From: Schmidtea nova
Taxonomy: Eukaryota
Assembly: GCA_044892505.1 (NCBI GenBank)
Contig: CM097882.1
Coordinates: 138,136,001-138,200,000 of the forward strand
Direction of reading: 5' to 3'
Length of the DNA stretch: 64,000 nucleotides
Part shown: positions 22,910-34,200 of the stretch, piece by piece
Position numbering within the stretch: position 1 is the stretch's first letter
Layout of the letters: each line of letters begins with the position of its first letter
Position numbers and translations under genes: made by a program
The notes under the pieces: model-generated
Seen by the model: only the letters and a program-made list of their open reading frames with translations
Told to the model about the DNA's origin: nothing
The model's database searches: none

Positions 22910-25900
22910 TTGAGAAAAGGAGAAAAGAGTGTCATAATAAAACCAGCAGAAAAGAATAAAGCTACCAAGAATAATAATCAGAAAGGCCTAAAAGGAAGTA
23001 AAGCAAGGCAGATAATAATACAAAAGTCGATTATCGAAAACGATAAATTATCAGTAACAAGCAACAGTTCAAGCAACAAAGAAAATCAAGCAGAACCCGA
23101 GAGAAACCCAATAAGTGAAATAGAAGTCGACAAAACCAACAACGATTATATAGAAGAAATAGAAGACGAAGTAGAACAAGAAACAGAAAGTGACGATACC
23201 GATAACGATAGTAAAGCATCAGATAACGAATCAGCAAAAGAAACTGAGATCGACCGAAATTCGAGTGACGAACCTAACAGTGAACTAGAAACAAGAGGAA
23301 ACGAAAGTAAAATAACTACAGACAGCGGAATTGAAATGAGCGAACCCAGAGAAGAGATAAAAGACAAATTTTCCGGAGAACCGTTTAATGGAGATGCGAG
23401 TAAATTAGAAACTTTCTTAAAGGAATTTGGCATATTCGTGGAAGTATGCAAGTGGAAACCAGAAACAACTGTAAGCAGAATTCAGCTATATTTAAAAGAT
23501 AGCGCATTAGATCTATATTTGGAAGCAAAAAATGGAATTAATCCACCTACAAGTTGGTCAGCGATAAAGGACTTTTTCCAACAAACCTTCGGAATAAACA
23601 AAGTATTGAATGAGGCATTCACGGAATTCTCAATGAGGAAACAAAAGATAAATGAATCAAATGCGGTATATGCAAGCGAATTAAAAAAGTTGGCAAAGTT
23701 GATTTTCAATCAAGACAGTCCAATAAATGAAGAGTTAATGGCAGCTATCTTTGTGGGAGGATTAAGAAGACCCGACATAAGAGCGCAAGTTGGATGTCAA
23801 GGTTGTAAAACCATCGACCAAGCACTAGAAACAGCTAATAGATTTGAACTACACATGATAGGAAATGACGGTAGAATCTATTTAGCTATGGATACAGCAC
23901 AAAACGAACAAGAAGTGAACCTGAATAACCACATTCCAAATTCACAACAATTAAACCGACCACCACCGCAACGAAGGAATGAAGGGAATAAAGTATCAAA
24001 TTACGGAAATCAAAACAATTACAACCCCCAAGGACCAACGAAACAATGCAAAACATGTGGGAAATTGGGACATTGGCAACAAGAATGTTATCAGAACTTG
24101 AATTGTGGAAAATGTGGAGTAAAAGGGCATTCAGAGAGCAGAGGTTACACAATAACCTGTTTTAATTGTGGACGACCTGGACATCTATCAAGAAATTGCG
24201 GACAAAGAAGCAATCAACGAGGAAACTGGCAGAATACCGGAAACCGACAAAACTATGGAAACCAACCAACTGGTGGAAACCGACAGAATTATGGAAATCA
24301 GCCAAATAATGGAAACCAACCGGAATACGGAAACCAACCAAATAGTAATAATAATAACCAAAATAAAAATACCACTAAAGAGATACATTTAATGCAAGAG
24401 GTTCAAAGATTGACGGAGCTGATAAACAATACAAACAGAGGAAATCAGCAAACAGGTCAACAACAAATCAATATGATGAGAAAAATAGAAAGCGAAAACG
24501 AACAATTGAATCGGGAAAGTCAAGCACGACATGCTCAGGAATGGGCAAGAATACAAAGAGAAGAGGAACAAAAACAGCAAGAAAGAGAACGACAACCTCT
24601 AAGAATTAATATGATGAGAGCAACCAATCAAACAAATACCCACGAGAAAGAGACTGTACCAGAAATAAATCCAACAAACCCGAATCCAACCAACAACGAA
24701 GGCCGAAAAGAGATAATACAAGAAGATGAAGAAGCAGAAAAAGAAACAGAAAAGGAAGTAGAAAAAGAAGGGAACCAAGAAGAGAAAAGGAAACTCGGGA
24801 AAAGAGGAATGATGGTAATTTTGCCAAACAAGCACGTGTTTCGATTCCAATATAACATAAAGGAAGAAGTAGAAATATTGTTCAATAAAGTGAATGAAAT
24901 GGCTCCAGGAGTAACGAAACTGCCCAGAGAAGCATTCCTAAAAATAGAAGGTGCACCAGAAGTAAAATTGAAACTAACGGATACATGGGAAAACATGGGA
25001 GTAGTAGAGACAAAAAGAAATGTGATGGTAATCAAGGAAATAGAACCAGAAGGAATTCCATCGCCAGTGCGTCACGAAACACGAATCAGTCGAATATTTA
25101 AAGGGAAAATGATACGAAGACGGTTGGGAGAAATAGACGAGTTAGAACGAAAAATGAGAAAGGTCGAAGTAGTAGACAACAAGAGTGAATCAACACAAAA
25201 AGCTATTAAAAGTGAAACAAGACCAACGGAAAATACACCAAGCGAAACCAACCAAATAAAACACATTAACATGTTGAGAGGCCAGGCAAAGAATTTTTCA
25301 GACGACGAAGAGGATAGTGACGTCAGTAGTCTAGCAGGGGACATGCTAGACGAACCGGAAATTGAAGACAAAAAGATAGAAGTAGTAAAGACACCAGAAA
25401 CTATTCAAGTAAAAGAAGACGAGATCCAGAAATTATTAGATAATACGCTAGAAGTAATATATAATGAGGAATTCATTGACAAGAAACACTATAGAAAATT
25501 CATGAGAGCAATATTACAAATGAACTATAAAGAGTGGTTACCAGGCCGGGAAGTAGAAACACTAAGCCAATACGTAGGAAAATTATTAAAAGAACCACTC
25601 CATGAATATATAATCCTAATTGAGATAAAAACATGTTTGCCAAGGATTTGGATCAAAACTCCACTCACGGAAGATATTTATCAATGGGTAGAAGATAGAT
25701 TAGGGAGTTCATATAAAAACAAATTCCTCTATTCACAGAATGGACTAGTGAAGAAAAGGACGCATTTGATAGAAACAGGCATATGGCCAGGAGAGGTGAC
25801 AACATTATCGATATGCGATGATAAGAGAGAAGAGAACCTACAAGAAGTAGCAAAGGAAGCAAATATGTGTTTCGAGAAGAAGATAAAACCACGGTTAGAA

Positions 25901-28162
25901 TATGAGAAAGGACGAATCTTACGAGGAAATCTAAATTCCATGATAGAACAAATCATCCCACAAATCAAAAAACATAGAAAGGAGTTAATGAGAAGCGAAT
26001 ACGAAAAGTTGAAACGATGTATCGAGTGCATACGTGACACAAGTCACACGAGATGGTCACAGATCTCATACGGAAAAGTAATTGCCAAAATGGGAAAAGC
26101 AATGTTCAGACAAGGGAAAATAACAGATCTAAAAATTTCAGTGGAATTGCCTAATGAGGATACCAAAGAAATTGAAGTGGTAGCAGATTGTACCATAAAA
26201 GAATTAGTAAATGTCATCAACGAGACACTATTACAAAGAGAACCAGAAGAAGAATGGGAGGATGACATAATCATGAAATATAACGAACATGTATTATGGG
26301 ATCACGATGAAAGACGGCTATATAAAATTGGTATATGGGATAATCACCAAACCATCCACGTTATCAGAATGGACGATACACCAAGAGAAACTGCTAAAGA
26401 TGAGAAAAGAGAACGGGAACGACAAAAAGAAGTTGTGCATAAATTACAACAAATAGTAGACATCTATCGAAATTGGCGGATTTGGCCAGAATGGGAAAAT
26501 GTATTAGAGGAACTCAATCTCAACAGACGATTACGAACACCCGTAGAAAAGAAATGGAACGAACGAGGAAAATGTTGGGAACCAAAAGCAGGCGAATACG
26601 AAGAGGAATACGAAATAAGCATAGAAGACGATCACAAACCGGAAACCGGAAGAGTCTGTATGGTAACAAGAAAAGCCATGCCAGCGGATTTAGACGGACC
26701 AGAAACGGCAACCATGTGGTTGGAAAGAGAAAAACAAAAAACGGAAGAATTTGTCGAAATATTAAAAACCAATGCTCATGGCAAGAGAAAATTAGTAAAA
26801 GGTCTCGCAGATTTTTTCGTAGTTAATGGAGAAGACATAACCTGCCTGCGTAAAGTAGCAAAAGCAATCGCCGAATACAAAAGAGTTAACGAGTGGTGTC
26901 CAGAACAATTGGATCAAGTAATTAAAAAATGGAGAAACCAAGAATTCTCGCAGGAATCGCCACAGAAAGTACACCTAAGAATAGTATATCCGAACCAAGA
27001 AAAGGAAGAGTTTTGGGTAGGGATAGCGGAGAAAGTTCGAGACATTAAAAAGAAATTGAGATATGAACCACCATTCCATTTACAACACCAAGGACGATCA
27101 TTAGATAACAGCTTGGAAATTGGAATAACGCCAGCGCAATTAGATATCGCAAATACATTGACAGTGGCAGCAATAGCAGGTCAACCATTGAAATTGAAAG
27201 AGGAAAAGAAATCAAAAGGAAGTATGAGTACGCCGAGCCCAATGAAATCGGTAATGACTCCAGGAACAAGCTCAGAACAAGCTAGAACAACACCAAGAGA
27301 GACAAGAGAAAGAACACCACCAGAACCATACGACGTAGACGAAATTTTTACAGATAGCGATGATATGTTAGAGGAGTTAATAGAGCTAACAAAAGAGAAA
27401 GATGATAATATTTTCGAAAGAATCCAAGAATTACCAACAGCAATACCGGTAACCAACACCGAAGATGAAGTCGAACAAGAAATAATAATAGAAGAAGTAA
27501 ATGAAATAGCAGAAGAGGAAGCAAGGAGGGCAAATGTAGAAAATGTACAATTCACACAAGAAATGGAAAGATGGTTAGAAGAAAGAGCCAATGAACCAAG
27601 AGACGTCACAGAAGAAACTGGACGAGAATCAAGATTAGTAGAAACGGGCACGACAATGGATAAACGACCTAGAGGTAGACCCAAGATAGATCCAGCAAAT
27701 GTAGTTATAAAATCAAGAGAGGAAAAAAGACGGGATCAATGGGATTTGTGTTTAAAGAAACTAAATAAAATAGCCGAAACGAAAGAAAAAGAAACAACAC
27801 AAACATATCAAGGCGAAGAATGGATATCAAAGATGTTAATGGAAATACTGGCAATAATCGATCCGGAATTAAAAAAATGGTGGAGAATAAATGAAATAAG
27901 CGAAAGGGCGAAATCACTGCATAGCGCCATCGCACCAATCCTACCAGAACTAATAAAAGAGAAGACAAGGTCAAACCACCTAGATTGGCAAGGAACCACG
28001 ATGTTGATAAAGAAGTTAACGGAAGGAGCAGAGACGGATAACAAATATTTAATAGCTATGGCATACACCATTTACAATCTGCTGACACTGAGTAGAGGTC
28101 GACTGAAACCCACAGCACTCGAAAGACATATAAAGAATACAGCCAAAATTATAGAGAAATAA
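22910..28162 (+). CDS. gag: Gag with large C-terminal extension (first ATG at 23336): capsid-like core, CCHC knuckles, Q/N repeats, putative ubiquitin-like domains, AT-hook
   Basis: MSEPREEIKDKFSGEPFNGDASKLETFLKEF gag start; knuckles CKTCGKLGHWQQEC and CFNCGRPGHLSRNC plus one degenerate knuckle; KRPRGRPK. The track start at 22910 is TTG. Confidence 0.9.
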   Translation: MRKGEKSVIIKPAEKNKATKNNNQKGLKGSKARQIIIQKSIIENDKLSVTSNSSSNKENQAEPERNPISEIEVDKTNNDYIEEIEDEVEQETESDDTDNDSKASDNESAKETEIDRNSSDEPNSELETRGNESKITTDSGIEMSEPREEIKDKFSGEPFNGDASKLETFLKEFGIFVEVCKWKPETTVSRIQLYLKDSALDLYLEAKNGINPPTSWSAIKDFFQQTFGINKVLNEAFTEFSMRKQKINESNAVYASELKKLAKLIFNQDSPINEELMAAIFVGGLRRPDIRAQVGCQGCKTIDQALETANRFELHMIGNDGRIYLAMDTAQNEQEVNLNNHIPNSQQLNRPPPQRRNEGNKVSNYGNQNNYNPQGPTKQCKTCGKLGHWQQECYQNLNCGKCGVKGHSESRGYTITCFNCGRPGHLSRNCGQRSNQRGNWQNTGNRQNYGNQPTGGNRQNYGNQPNNGNQPEYGNQPNSNNNNQNKNTTKEIHLMQEVQRLTELINNTNRGNQQTGQQQINMMRKIESENEQLNRESQARHAQEWARIQREEEQKQQERERQPLRINMMRATNQTNTHEKETVPEINPTNPNPTNNEGRKEIIQEDEEAEKETEKEVEKEGNQEEKRKLGKRGMMVILPNKHVFRFQYNIKEEVEILFNKVNEMAPGVTKLPREAFLKIEGAPEVKLKLTDTWENMGVVETKRNVMVIKEIEPEGIPSPVRHETRISRIFKGKMIRRRLGEIDELERKMRKVEVVDNKSESTQKAIKSETRPTENTPSETNQIKHINMLRGQAKNFSDDEEDSDVSSLAGDMLDEPEIEDKKIEVVKTPETIQVKEDEIQKLLDNTLEVIYNEEFIDKKHYRKFMRAILQMNYKEWLPGREVETLSQYVGKLLKEPLHEYIILIEIKTCLPRIWIKTPLTEDIYQWVEDRLGSSYKNKFLYSQNGLVKKRTHLIETGIWPGEVTTLSICDDKREENLQEVAKEANMCFEKKIKPRLEYEKGRILRGNLNSMIEQIIPQIKKHRKELMRSEYEKLKRCIECIRDTSHTRWSQISYGKVIAKMGKAMFRQGKITDLKISVELPNEDTKEIEVVADCTIKELVNVINETLLQREPEEEWEDDIIMKYNEHVLWDHDERRLYKIGIWDNHQTIHVIRMDDTPRETAKDEKRERERQKEVVHKLQQIVDIYRNWRIWPEWENVLEELNLNRRLRTPVEKKWNERGKCWEPKAGEYEEEYEISIEDDHKPETGRVCMVTRKAMPADLDGPETATMWLEREKQKTEEFVEILKTNAHGKRKLVKGLADFFVVNGEDITCLRKVAKAIAEYKRVNEWCPEQLDQVIKKWRNQEFSQESPQKVHLRIVYPNQEKEEFWVGIAEKVRDIKKKLRYEPPFHLQHQGRSLDNSLEIGITPAQLDIANTLTVAAIAGQPLKLKEEKKSKGSMSTPSPMKSVMTPGTSSEQARTTPRETRERTPPEPYDVDEIFTDSDDMLEELIELTKEKDDNIFERIQELPTAIPVTNTEDEVEQEIIIEEVNEIAEEEARRANVENVQFTQEMERWLEERANEPRDVTEETGRESRLVETGTTMDKRPRGRPKIDPANVVIKSREEKRRDQWDLCLKKLNKIAETKEKETTQTYQGEEWISKMLMEILAIIDPELKKWWRINEISERAKSLHSAIAPILPELIKEKTRSNHLDWQGTTMLIKKLTEGAETDNKYLIAMAYTIYNLLTLSRGRLKPTALERHIKNTAKIIEK

Positions 28163-28240
28163 ATAGAACCGTACATCATCAGTAAAGGAGGATGGGAAAC
28201 ATTCACAAAAACGAACCAAAAGAAAACCCAAGCCAAAAAT

Positions 28241-31200
28241 ATGAAAAGGAAATTCGAAGAGATATTGGGAGAATTGGAAAAGGAAAAGTCGGGAACAGGA
28301 AACGGGAAATCATCACTAAACTTGAGTTCTATCATTATGATGATGTTAATATGGATGATTAGTACTGACGGAGCAACAGCATTTGAAGTATTCGATTGTG
28401 ATCAAATGGCATTAGGTGAGAAATATTCACTACGAGGGACAGAACAATGTAAGGACGCAACCCCAACGGAGCTAAAAACATTAAAAAAGAGACAATTATA
28501 CCACGTATATCAGGAAGCTGAACTGATAAGAACAATGGTCAGAGAATGCAAAGTTTATAAAACCAGATTTGCTTTTTATTGTGGGCACCGCCATTATTCA
28601 GCAATCGTGATGCCAGGAACGGAAAGAGAATCGGTAATGCTGCAAGGAGAAGACTGTGAAAAATTATTTAAACATGGGGAAGTAGAGACTAGAGATAGAG
28701 TAAAGATAAGAGGAAAAACGGGAGTGATATTGCAACAAACATATTATGTAGCAGGAGCTATTACGGGAGGAGAAGGGTACTGCCAAGGAGCAACATATCC
28801 AATATTCGGAGTAGCAGCAACAAACCTAGTGGTAATAGATACGTATACAGTGGAACTAAAAACGTACGAGGCATTCTTCGATCCAACGACGGGAGAAATG
28901 AAAACTCTACCTATGTGCAAAATCGAGTCAAACACTTGTCAGACTGGTATGTCAACCCTAACCTACCAGATACGAGGAAAGGAATGTCAACTACAACTGT
29001 TAAAGGAAGCAGAATTCGATGAGATACAAGGGAAAACCTTCCAGGAGGAAGAAGAAGACGAGGCAGCAAGAGGAAAAATACTTCAAGACACAGTACGAGG
29101 AGAGAAAAAGATTGAAACACGAACACAAGAAAAGCAAATCAAAATGAGAAATACACCAACGGTACTAATTACCTCAGATGCAGATATCGGAATGAGGTTT
29201 GTAAAAGGAAAAACAGCCTTGAAATGCGGAGTAGCCATGTTGGAAACCAACTACCCCGGCATTTTCGTATCGAAACAAGAAGTACCTAGTGCGAAACGCA
29301 AAGTGCACACGAACGATGTTAAATTACACCTGTACATGAACAATAAAATGGATTTTCTATTCCATAGAGGACAAGCGTCACTACAAAAAGTGTATTACGA
29401 TTTAATTAACAACGATTGCATATTAAATAGGGAAATATTAAAGACAAAATTAGCAGTTGCAATCACAAACCCGGATTGTGCAATGCCATTATTACCATTG
29501 AGAGAAGGTCATTTTGGAAGGGTAGTCGGAGAAGTCATGTATGTATACATATGTAAAAAGACAAATGCGAAGGTAGCGACAATGACAAAATTACAACCAG
29601 GGCAGTGTACTAACGAACTAGAAATCGAATACAAAGGGAAGGTAAGATATGTGCAACCAGTGACAAGAATCATAAATCCAGTAAGCTTCGAACCAAATCC
29701 TTTCAATTGCAGCAACGCATATGGACCACTATACCAAAAACCAGACGGAAATTGGGTTATGTTTCCGTCAAGAACAGAGGTACCAGCACCAAGGGAATTT
29801 GAATTGATGCAACTATCAAAAGGACGAAAATTTAAAGACGTAGATGTAAGTAATATGGGATTCTATAGCGCAAAAGACTTAGAGGCAGCGAGGCAAAACA
29901 TACTATTTCCAGCAAGAAGGGAAGCGGTGCTATCCAGTATTGTAACAATAACAGGAGGAACAAATTACCAAGGTGGACCAAATTACGAATTATTATTGTC
30001 ACCAGCCCACTTTAAGAAGGCAACGGAAAACATGATGAAAGCGATGTGGGGAAGATTTTTAATATTTGGACAAATGATGGCAGGAATACTTGGTGTTATA
30101 CTAATTATACAAATAATACGGGTAATAATAACGCAAATGTTAGCCTGTTTTGACATCTATAAAAGAGAAAAGAAAGTAAATTGGAAATTGGTGGTAGGAT
30201 TCTTACCATTTTTGGCTAAAACAATGGTATTACACGGTCATTCAAAAGATATTCACCGAATAAAGAGACTCCTAAAAATACTGGCAAAAATGAAAGGAAC
30301 CGATGAAGAGGTGGGACGAAAATTTAAAAAGATAATGAATAACGAGCAAGCAAGACAACAACTAAAGAAAGAGAGAAAAGGACTATGGGAAAGAATGAAA
30401 GGGTACAGAACCCAAGACGATTCCAGTGACGACGATGATGATGATAACGAAGGAGGTCAAGTATTTAAAAATCAAGTACCACAGTATGTCGAAAAGAATC
30501 CAGCGGAAATGTGGAAATGTTACGCACCCCCACCAACCATGTACCAAGAACCAACACCAGGGATGAGACAAAATACAATGCAAATGATGCCGATGACAAA
30601 CATATATCCTATGATACCAGAAGACTATAGAACGAGACGGTGCAGAAGCGTAGATCCGCAAGGAGACTCACATACAATTGCAGTAATGTCATCAAACACC
30701 GGTCCAGTATTAACTACAACAATCGAAATTAACGGAAGGGAAATTGAAGCGATGATTGATACAGGAGCAAATATCTCAGCAATAGATATAAAATGGATAC
30801 CACAAGAACAAAGACGGGATATTGAGAGAACCAACGTTCACGTAATAGCATGCAGTAAAGAAGTAGTAGAAGTTGCCGGAAGATGGTGGGTAAAGATAAA
30901 ACATCAAAACACAGAAATCGAAACGTACGTAGCAGTAATACCAGCACTGAGCGTACCATGCATTATAGGCACAGATTTAATGCCAGCATTATTTAAAGAA
31001 ATAGTTATTGACCTCGGAACAATGAGATTAAAGGATAGGACAGGACAGATATGCGCAATAGAAGCAAAAGTAACAAGTTCGAAACAAATAATTGTACCAG
31101 CACGGAGAGAGAAAATATGTTTCGTAAAAATAGATCCTACAATAGAAGGTGATATGATCTTTGAACCCAGTAAAAGATTTGAAAAGAGAAAGTCGTTGCC

Positions 31201-34200
31201 AATGGCAAGGGGATTAGTGAGTGCGAATGACAACGGAGAAATCCCAATAAATGTAGTAAATTTCGATGAAGAGGATAAAATAATTTATGAAAACGAAAGA
31301 CTAGGTAAACTAACTCCAATGATAGATATCGAAATACCAATAAAAGAAGGAGTAAAAGAGGAGGAACCCACTTGGAACATTGATAGCCAACTATTAAATG
31401 AGGACCAAAAAAAACAGCTAGAAAGATTACTGATAGAATATAAAGACATATTCGCAGCATCCGATTTAGATCTAGGGACATGCGACGTCACACTACATAC
31501 GATTCCACTTACAGACGAAACGCCGATTGCGTTAAGACCATACAAGTTAGCTGAAGCGCAAAAATCAGTAGCCGAAGCAGAAGTACAGAAAATGCTAGAC
31601 GCAGAAGTAATTGAACCAAGCTGCTCACCGTGGCAATTCCCAGTTGTAATGGTGAAAAAGAAAGACGGAACACAACGATTTTGTATTGATTATCGGAGAT
31701 TAAATGCGGTAACAAAACGGGATACATACCCATTACCAGACATCAACGAGATGTTATTGACATTACAAGGAGCGGCATACTTTACATCATTAGATTTGAA
31801 AAGCGGATACTGGCAAATTAAAATGAAGGAAGAAGACAAAGAGAAAACTGCTTTCACGATCGGAAGAGACTTGTACCAATTTAGGAAAATGCCATTCGGA
31901 CTAACCAATGCGCCAGCATCATTTCAAAGATGTATGAATTTCGTTACCCACGGCATAAAACAATGCATGGTTTACATTGACGACCTACTGATCTACTCAA
32001 GCACATTTGAACAACACATCCAAGATATCAGAGATGTATTTGTTAGATTGAGACAATGGAAACTCAAGCTCAAACCATCGAAATGCGATTGGGCAAAAGA
32101 GAAAGTGACATTCTTAGGACATATTGTGTCCGCAAAAGGAAAGGAACCAGATCCCAGAAACATTGATAAAGTAAAAGAATGTCCAGTACCAAAGACGATA
32201 ACGCAGATCCAAGAATTTCTCGGATTATGCGGTTACTATAGAAAATTCATAAAGGATTACGCAGGAATTGCAAAACCAATCCAGGAGCTAGTAAAGAAAG
32301 ACGTATCGTTCATATGGGGAAGCGAACAACAAACAGCCTTCGAAACATTACGAGATAAGTTAATAACTGCACCAATATTGGTTCACCCGGATTTCAAGAA
32401 GCCATTTTTACTCGCAACCGACGCAAGTGGATATGCAGCAGGAGCAGTGTTAGGACAATATGATGACGAGGGAAAAGAGCGGGTAATCGGATATTATAGC
32501 AGAACATTCAAGAAACACGAGAAGAATTATTCAGTAACGGAAAGAGAAGCATTGGCAATAATATTAGCAATAAAACACTTTAAATATCTATTATGGGGAC
32601 ACGTTATATGCATAACCACGGATCATCAACCACTGGTATGGCTAGGACAACATAAGGAAACATCCAGCAGGTTGATGAGATGGGCGATGCAATTACAAGA
32701 ATATTCACCAGATATAAAATTCAAATCAGGAAAAGCGAATGCCAACGCAGATTGCATGTCAAGATTAACGTTTCCAGAATTAACAGACCCAGAAGTGCAA
32801 AGAATATGCATAATGATAGCAGAGGATTTGGATTTCAGCGAGTTAAAGAAAGATCAGCAAGAGGATAAAGAACTAAGACCCATCATAGAATTCCTAAGCT
32901 CACGGAATATGGATGTATTCAAAGACAATGCGGAGTTAAAAGAACACATGAGGAAATACCAACATCGATACACAATAGAAAAAGGATGGTTATTAATACA
33001 GGATGGAGAAAAACGATTAATGTGTCTGCCAAGTAATAGACGAAAAGAGATAATAACTCAATACCATGACGGAAAGTTGGGAGGACACATGTCCGATAAG
33101 AAAACATTAGATCGCATGAGACAAAAATATTATTGGCCAACAATGGACGAGGACGTAAAGGAATGGATAAAGAACTGTTTAACTTGTGCCACAAGAAAGG
33201 ATAGTGGGAAGAAATGGAAAAATCCCTTAAAACCCATGCCAATACCAGCGGAACCAATGACTACCATTGCGATGGATGTAATAGGACCATTGCCAGAAAG
33301 TTTAAACTGGAATCAATATATATTGGTAATAACGGATTATTTGACGAAATTCCCTGAAGCATTTGCGATGCCGGATCAAAAAGCAAAGACCGTAGCAAGA
33401 ATTTTAGTAGAGGAAATATGTTGTCGATACGGAACCCCGAAACAAATACTAACAGATCAAGGAACAAATTTTATGAGCGAAATATTAGATGAAGTAACAA
33501 ATTACTTCAGAATAGCCAAATTACGAACGTCACCATATCATCCGCAAACTAATGGACAAACGGAAAGATTTAACGGCACATTGATTCGAATGTTATCCAA
33601 TTATGTAAGCAAACACCAAACAGATTGGGATGAGTACATAAAGCTATGTCTAATGGCATACCGAATGTCGATACACGCAGCAACAAAATTGAGTCCATTT
33701 CAATTAATGTATGGAAGGGAATGCAATATGCCAATAGATCTTGAATATCAACCACCTTTGTCTCAATATATGGAGGAAGATGATTACGTCACCAAATTCA
33801 AAGAACGAATGCAAGAGATATGGAAGACAGCAGAACTAAACATAAAGTTTTACCAAGAAAGTTACAAGGACCTACACGATCAAAAGAAAAATGTTAAAAC
33901 AAATGATCTTAAACCCGGAGATTGGGTAATGATAGAAACCCCAGAAATAATACCAGGAACCGTTAAAAAACTACAAAGACCAGGAAAAGGCCCTTACGAA
34001 GTTATATACAAAAAGGAAAACAATGTGAAGGTAAAACTTGTTAATCGACCATTGATACGACCAATATACGTTAATACATGCAGATGTAAAAAAGTACCAA
34101 AGACAATAACCACAGCGCCAGAAGAACGAATAATAACCAGATCCCAGACAGCCAGAATGAATATGCTCAGAGCAACCAATGAAAGTACCGAAGCAGAAAA

